Shown in pieces: positions 58,953-64,000 of a DNA stretch of 64,000 nucleotides. The first letter of the stretch is position 1; each line of letters begins with the position of its first letter. Position numbers and translations under genes: made by a program. This DNA is from Chrysomallon squamiferum (lineage: Eukaryota; Animalia; Mollusca), in NCBI GenBank assembly GCA_012295275.1, contig CM022679.1:14880001-14944000 (forward strand). Direction: 5' to 3'. The notes beneath the pieces were generated by a model. That model was not told the origin of the DNA and ran no database searches. It worked only from the letters and a program-made list of their open reading frames with translations.

Positions 58953-60602
58953 GAGGAAGAAGAAAAAGAATCTTTCAAATAATATTTAAGACTAAATATA
59001 TTGGTGACGGATTCAAACTTTCAGAAAGGAGAGTCCCATCACTGTTATAAATATAACTTGAAATAAAGTATTTCATTTCAAGAACGATAATAATAGGACT
59101 GACTGGAGCTCAACGTTAGATATCTGAAACGTGATGCGTTCTTTGATCACTCCATTGCGCCTAGAACTATACAACATATTTACTGAATTTGTCATGTTTG
59201 AAACTGTATAAAAAGCATAATATCTACATTCTTGGAAAATATATTTAGGGAAAGACTGACAAGATAAAAAGACATATGAAAGTAACATTGTTGTGTCCAC
59301 TGGTGCGTGGACATGTCCGGTCTATTTGTTTTAAATTGTCATGGTTTTATGACTTTAGTTTCAGTACGTTTCCACAAAGACGACAATCCGCCGCAGATAA
59401 ATACAGAACTAATTAATGATGCTGATTTTCATTACCAAGATGAAATTCTAAGATTTTTCTTCCATTTTTTTTCTTTTTAATTAAGATCATGACAAATTTG
59501 AAGCGAAATTGATTACTCTGTTACAATACTTCATTGCTAATTACTTTGGTCTGCTTGGTGTCGTTGACCAATTTTTTATTATTATTATTATTATTATTTT
59601 TTTTTTTTTCCAGACAACAAAGTGACTTTAAGAAAGGAAAGTTAATAAATATACCTTGGGCATCAGGTAAATGTGTTATTTATACCTTATTAAGTAAATC
59701 GTCTGAAGACGTCGCTAATCTCAAAAACTAATATCCCTGGAGGTGTTTATGTTTCAAAGTTCTCTTCCACAAAGAGGATTAAATTTGCCATAATGTGCGG
59801 ATCTAACGTCCATCCAAATCTAGATATCATTAATTTGGTTGTTTAATAACGGCTGTATGCACCTCTCTAGTGGTAATTAATCCTCGACAAAGATATACAG
59901 TAATGAAATGTGAAAATGGCAGAAGTCACATTGACTTTACACTCTTTGGTGATGCTAACCCGATTATCAGTTTGTCGTTTTTGTTTCTCCCGGCGAACGG
60001 CCTGTAACAAATAATCTCATTTCTTGATGTTTGTTCCGATCTGAGGATGGTGATTTCATATTTAATCTTTTCTCTTCTATTGACTTCTAGATTACTTTTG
60101 TGGAAAATGTAATGAAACATCAGCTGCCACACAGTAAACTAATATAACTTGCACTAAGATCATATTTATTCAAAAGATCAAAAGCTAAGCCGCTGCTGTT
60201 TTGTAGATATTTTACTTACTTTTCGATTAAGTGAGATTGGAAAGAAAAAAGTGAAAGAAAACGAAGAAGAAGAAGAAAAAGAGAAAACATTTTATTAATA
60301 AAAGATAAATAATCTGCAGGCGATGGATTTGTCTTCCAGTGCTGAAGATTTGAAATGTTGACGTTTAGCAGTTTAAAGTTAAGTTTTAAAAATGGAAATA
60401 ATAAAAATGTAAAAAGTAAAAATAATAAAAGATAAATATTGTTCCTAAGTGTCGAATTTGTAATATTATGATTATTTTTTTTGTAACTTATTATTTCATC
60501 TTCTTTCTCTTTCTTTTTGTTTTTATTATTTTGTTTTATTTATTTATTTATTTGTTTGTTAATTTGTTTATTTGTTTGTATATTTATTTATTTATTATCA
60601 TC

Positions 60603-60634
<32 letters not shown>

Positions 60635-61641
60635 TTATCTTGGTAAGTGGTGAAAATTAATTTAAAGGACTTTTTTCGCCAGAAAACCTAACCAAATGCC
60701 ATATCTATTGGAACTTTATTTTTGTAAAATAAATATGATTCAACATATATATGAATAAAAATGTATTTCAGATCTTATTTTATAATTACAGCGTCCAGGC
60801 GAACGGTGTTTGAAACCTGTAGATCCACACGTAAATGAAAATATTTGTATCTTTAACAGAAACCTATTTAGAACTTATGAAAGATATGGATATAGCTCGG
60901 TTCATTCTGTACAATATTATTTTAAGTAAATCGCTTTTAGTGCATTATGTTTTTAAATCACATTCTAGCAAATGCTCATCGAATGTTTTATCAAAGTCCT
61001 GATTTGTGCTTTTCTTTCTATGAGAGGGTGCAAAAATATTTTGCTGGTTGCTAATCAGTGTCAGCAGTCCACGAAATGGTTATTTTTTCGCCTAATACAA
61101 TTATACTGGAAACTTACGATTAACATTACATTGTGTTGATATTTCGTTCATTCAATCGTTCATTAATTTATCTATTCTTCTTTGTAAAACAGTTAAATAC
61201 TTTAACTTCCTTACCTTTTTTTATTTTATTTTTTATTTTTTACAGCCTTGTAAATTAGTCCTCTTACTTGGAAACATGTGACTTTTTAAAACACACACAC
61301 ACACACATACACATATCATATATACACAAACATACACCCATAAAATAATAGTGTTCGTAGCGAGATAGATACATGCTCTTTGATATTTTGGAACTAAACG
61401 CCTTTCTGAGGAAAAATAAAACATTTAATCCCCCCCCCCAAAAAAAAAAAGAAGAAAAAATACTGTTTCAGTTAAAATACCAACAGACGAGATTTATCTC
61501 TCTAATTATTTGTTTTTTCTTTAAAAAATCAAACGATTCAAATAACTCTTAATCTTCTAAAACACTGTACAGCATTTCAGCTCTTAAAAACTGTTCTAAA
61601 TAAATCCTAATCGTTAGAACATAGTAAAACATTTCAACATA

Positions 61642-61684
<43 letters not shown>

Positions 61685-61844
61685 TAAATAATATAAAAAT
61701 TCAAGCTGTATTCAATCCTTTCCCACTGAAAATACACAGTCTTACTTTTTCTTCAGTCTCGTAACTGATCTGTCTTCAAGGTGGATCCAAGATGTCACAA
61801 AGGGATTCTGTCATTATTTGTGTGAACATATTTTACATAGACAA

Positions 61845-61875
<31 letters not shown>

Positions 61876-63300
61876 AACAAATAAATAAATAAATAACAAA
61901 TAAATAAATAAATAAATAAATAAAGACAGAAAGGAAGAAACAAAAAGAATTCAGGAAATAAATAGCGCAGTCTAACCATTTAATTTTCTAAATTGTTTTC
62001 CAGACTTCTAAATTAGTTTTAAATCTTCTGTTTAATTTCAAATAAATTAAATAATATCTCAATTACTTTGGATTTCTTACTTAGGTTACAATTATCTATT
62101 TAACTAATAAGATCTTTCTCTTTTCTTTTTTAGTTTTTCTTCTTTTCTTTTCTTTCTTTCTTCCCCCAACAGCCCTCATTTTTTATTATTATTATTTAAA
62201 CGAATACCCAGCCTAGAAACTTCGTTGAAATGTTGTTTAGTTATACTCGTAATTTGCTTCAGACAACTAGCGTGTGTTTTAAAAGTTATTTGTCGTGTTT
62301 TGTGAACTAAACAACAGTTCAAACTGTTGACAGTTTATATTATTTACATTCCGACTGCGACAAAACAGTTTTCCGGCTTTTAGACGTAACATCGCTGCCA
62401 AGATGGCGGAAACATTATCCCGCATTACTGCACGCGCCAAACACGCTAATGGATCGCTCTGGGTAATTAGTCGAAAACCAATCTAATTAAGACGTTTGTC
62501 AAGATAATCATTATTTTAATGAAAGTAAATATAACAAGAAATTACGAAAACATCTTAATTACGTAAAAAAAATCCGGTATTTGGACGGTTTTACCCAGAG
62601 CAAATTTAATCAAGTCAAATTAAATACTTGCACAATTTTCGCCGCTGTGGTTGTTTGTTTTATCTTCTTTCTTTAATTCGGTCGCATGTGGCGGGACGTG
62701 ACCTTTCTCGAGCGAATCAAGAAGACGTCTGTGCTGACGTTGATTATGCTTCGATCTCCCCTCCCCCGGGGGGACGGCTAAGACGACCGGGGCGCTATGG
62801 GGACCGGTAATCGGACGAGGGATGTCCCGGAGCGGACCACGGAGTTAAAGCAAATGCAAGTCTTAGCGGTTCTTTCCCTCAGCGGATGGACGTCAATTCT
62901 TGTACATATTGAAGTGTTTGGGCGATGAAAATTTAATGAATCTAATATAAAGCGAATTAACTTATCCGTACAACCACAGTTAGGGCCTATTTGTGCATGG
63001 AGTGAAGTGGAAATTTAAACCATAAAGTCATTAACGTTAAGCCAAGAGAGACTTAGCCGTGTCGAAGGAAAAGTCGAATTAAAATGTGAAGAAAAAAAAA
63101 AAAAAAAAAAAAAAAAAATGTAGGAGAAGATCGAAAGTATTTTAAATAGAAATTGGCTGACAGGATTTCAGGGACGCGTAATTTAGTTGATCTTACTCGC
63201 TTCACAATCACTTTGCTTTGAAAAGTCGTCTTCATATTGTTAAATCGCAACAGATCGACTTATTTATTCAATGAATAATACATACAGAAGGAAACTAAAC
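54880..63300 (+). ncRNA. Candidate multi-kb structured non-coding RNA region downstream of CCAR1
   Basis: No credible ORF; many nested perfect 8-12-bp inverted repeats plus G-U-containing helices on the + strand (coordinates in findings). Confidence 0.45.
62350..62900. promoter_or_regulatory. CpG/GC-rich island with YY1- and E2F-like motifs (alternative reading of the structured segment)
   Basis: CAAGATGGCGG at 62399-62409, CGCGCCAAA at ~62433, CCCCTCCCCC at ~62758; no downstream coding exon found in the window. Confidence 0.35.
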
Positions 63301-64000
63301 CGACCTAAAAGAGATATTTGTCCTCTTTCATTTTCGAAATTTTCGTCACAAATGCTGGATAGTAGTAATTGTTAATCAAGTGTGTTTTTCTCTGTTCTTT
63401 AATTTCTTACTTGCATCAAAATGATTGATCGAAAGATTTCTATGGCAACACACGTTTAAGGAATGAAATGTAAATTTTAAAATAACATTAAAATTAAAAA
63501 AAAAAAAAAAAAAAGCCTCCGACAACATTAAGATAATAATAATAGTAATACTAATAATAACAAAAACAACATCAACAACAAATAGTGTTGATTATGACAA
63601 TGAAGAAATTTATAACGGATCAGTGGCACTACTAGTAAAAGGACTATTGACAATAGCTGCAGTAGTAACAATGACAACTACAGTGACAATAACCATATAT
63701 CTCTTATTTGTCATTTAGCTTTACTGTCACCTTAACTTCAGTTTATTTCCTATTTTAAGAAAATTAAGTATCTGAAAATAGTTGTAGGAATAGAAATTAT
63801 AGGTCGAATTAAACGAACAAAAAGAAAGCGAATACAACAACAACAACAGTAACAATAAGTAAATAAAGAAATAAAATACAATAAATTAATTAATTAATAA
63901 TAAGCAAAATAATTAACTGAAAAATAATAAATAATTAAAATAAAATACAATAATTAAAGAATTATTCCAATATTATAAATGTTACAGAACAACCACCTAT

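Noticed and set aside
59073-60132. Minus-strand ORFs of 75 and 68 aa (one faintly GPCR TM7-like)
   Set aside because: No consistent exon chain or convincing homology.
62975-62990. GTTAGGG (CCCUAAC on -) as a telomerase template
   Set aside because: Only 7 nt, overlaps a predicted helix end, and lies on the strand disfavoured by G-U pairs.

Overview
AT-rich, microsatellite-laden animal genomic DNA with GT-AG introns; the gene content suggests a lophotrochozoan or mollusc (inference). Left to right: a two-coding-exon TTC22/IFIT-like TPR plus TIR-like gene (-) with clustered STAT (TTCN3GAA) sites, apparently nested in the last intron of DNAJC27, whose terminal J-domain exon is at 7667-7802 (+). 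Next come minisatellites, a truncated ankyrin pseudogene, a ~2.55-kb tandem triplication and a two-VWA-domain gene (-). RPL38 (-, 5'TOP, missed by the ORF track) hosts three copies of a SNORD60/snR48-like C/D snoRNA in one intron, and a complete CCAR1 gene (+) is transcribed divergently from it. The main unexplained signal is in non-coding DNA. The ~8.5 kb after CCAR1 (about 54.9-63.3 kb) and the 2.55-kb tandem units (15.2-21.9 kb) are packed with nested 7-12-bp helices, and their wobble pairs mostly read as G-U on the + strand. They are candidate multi-domain structured long ncRNAs, and the tandem units include a hammerhead-like junction. All folding was done by eye and needs shuffled-control z-scores, covariation and expression data.
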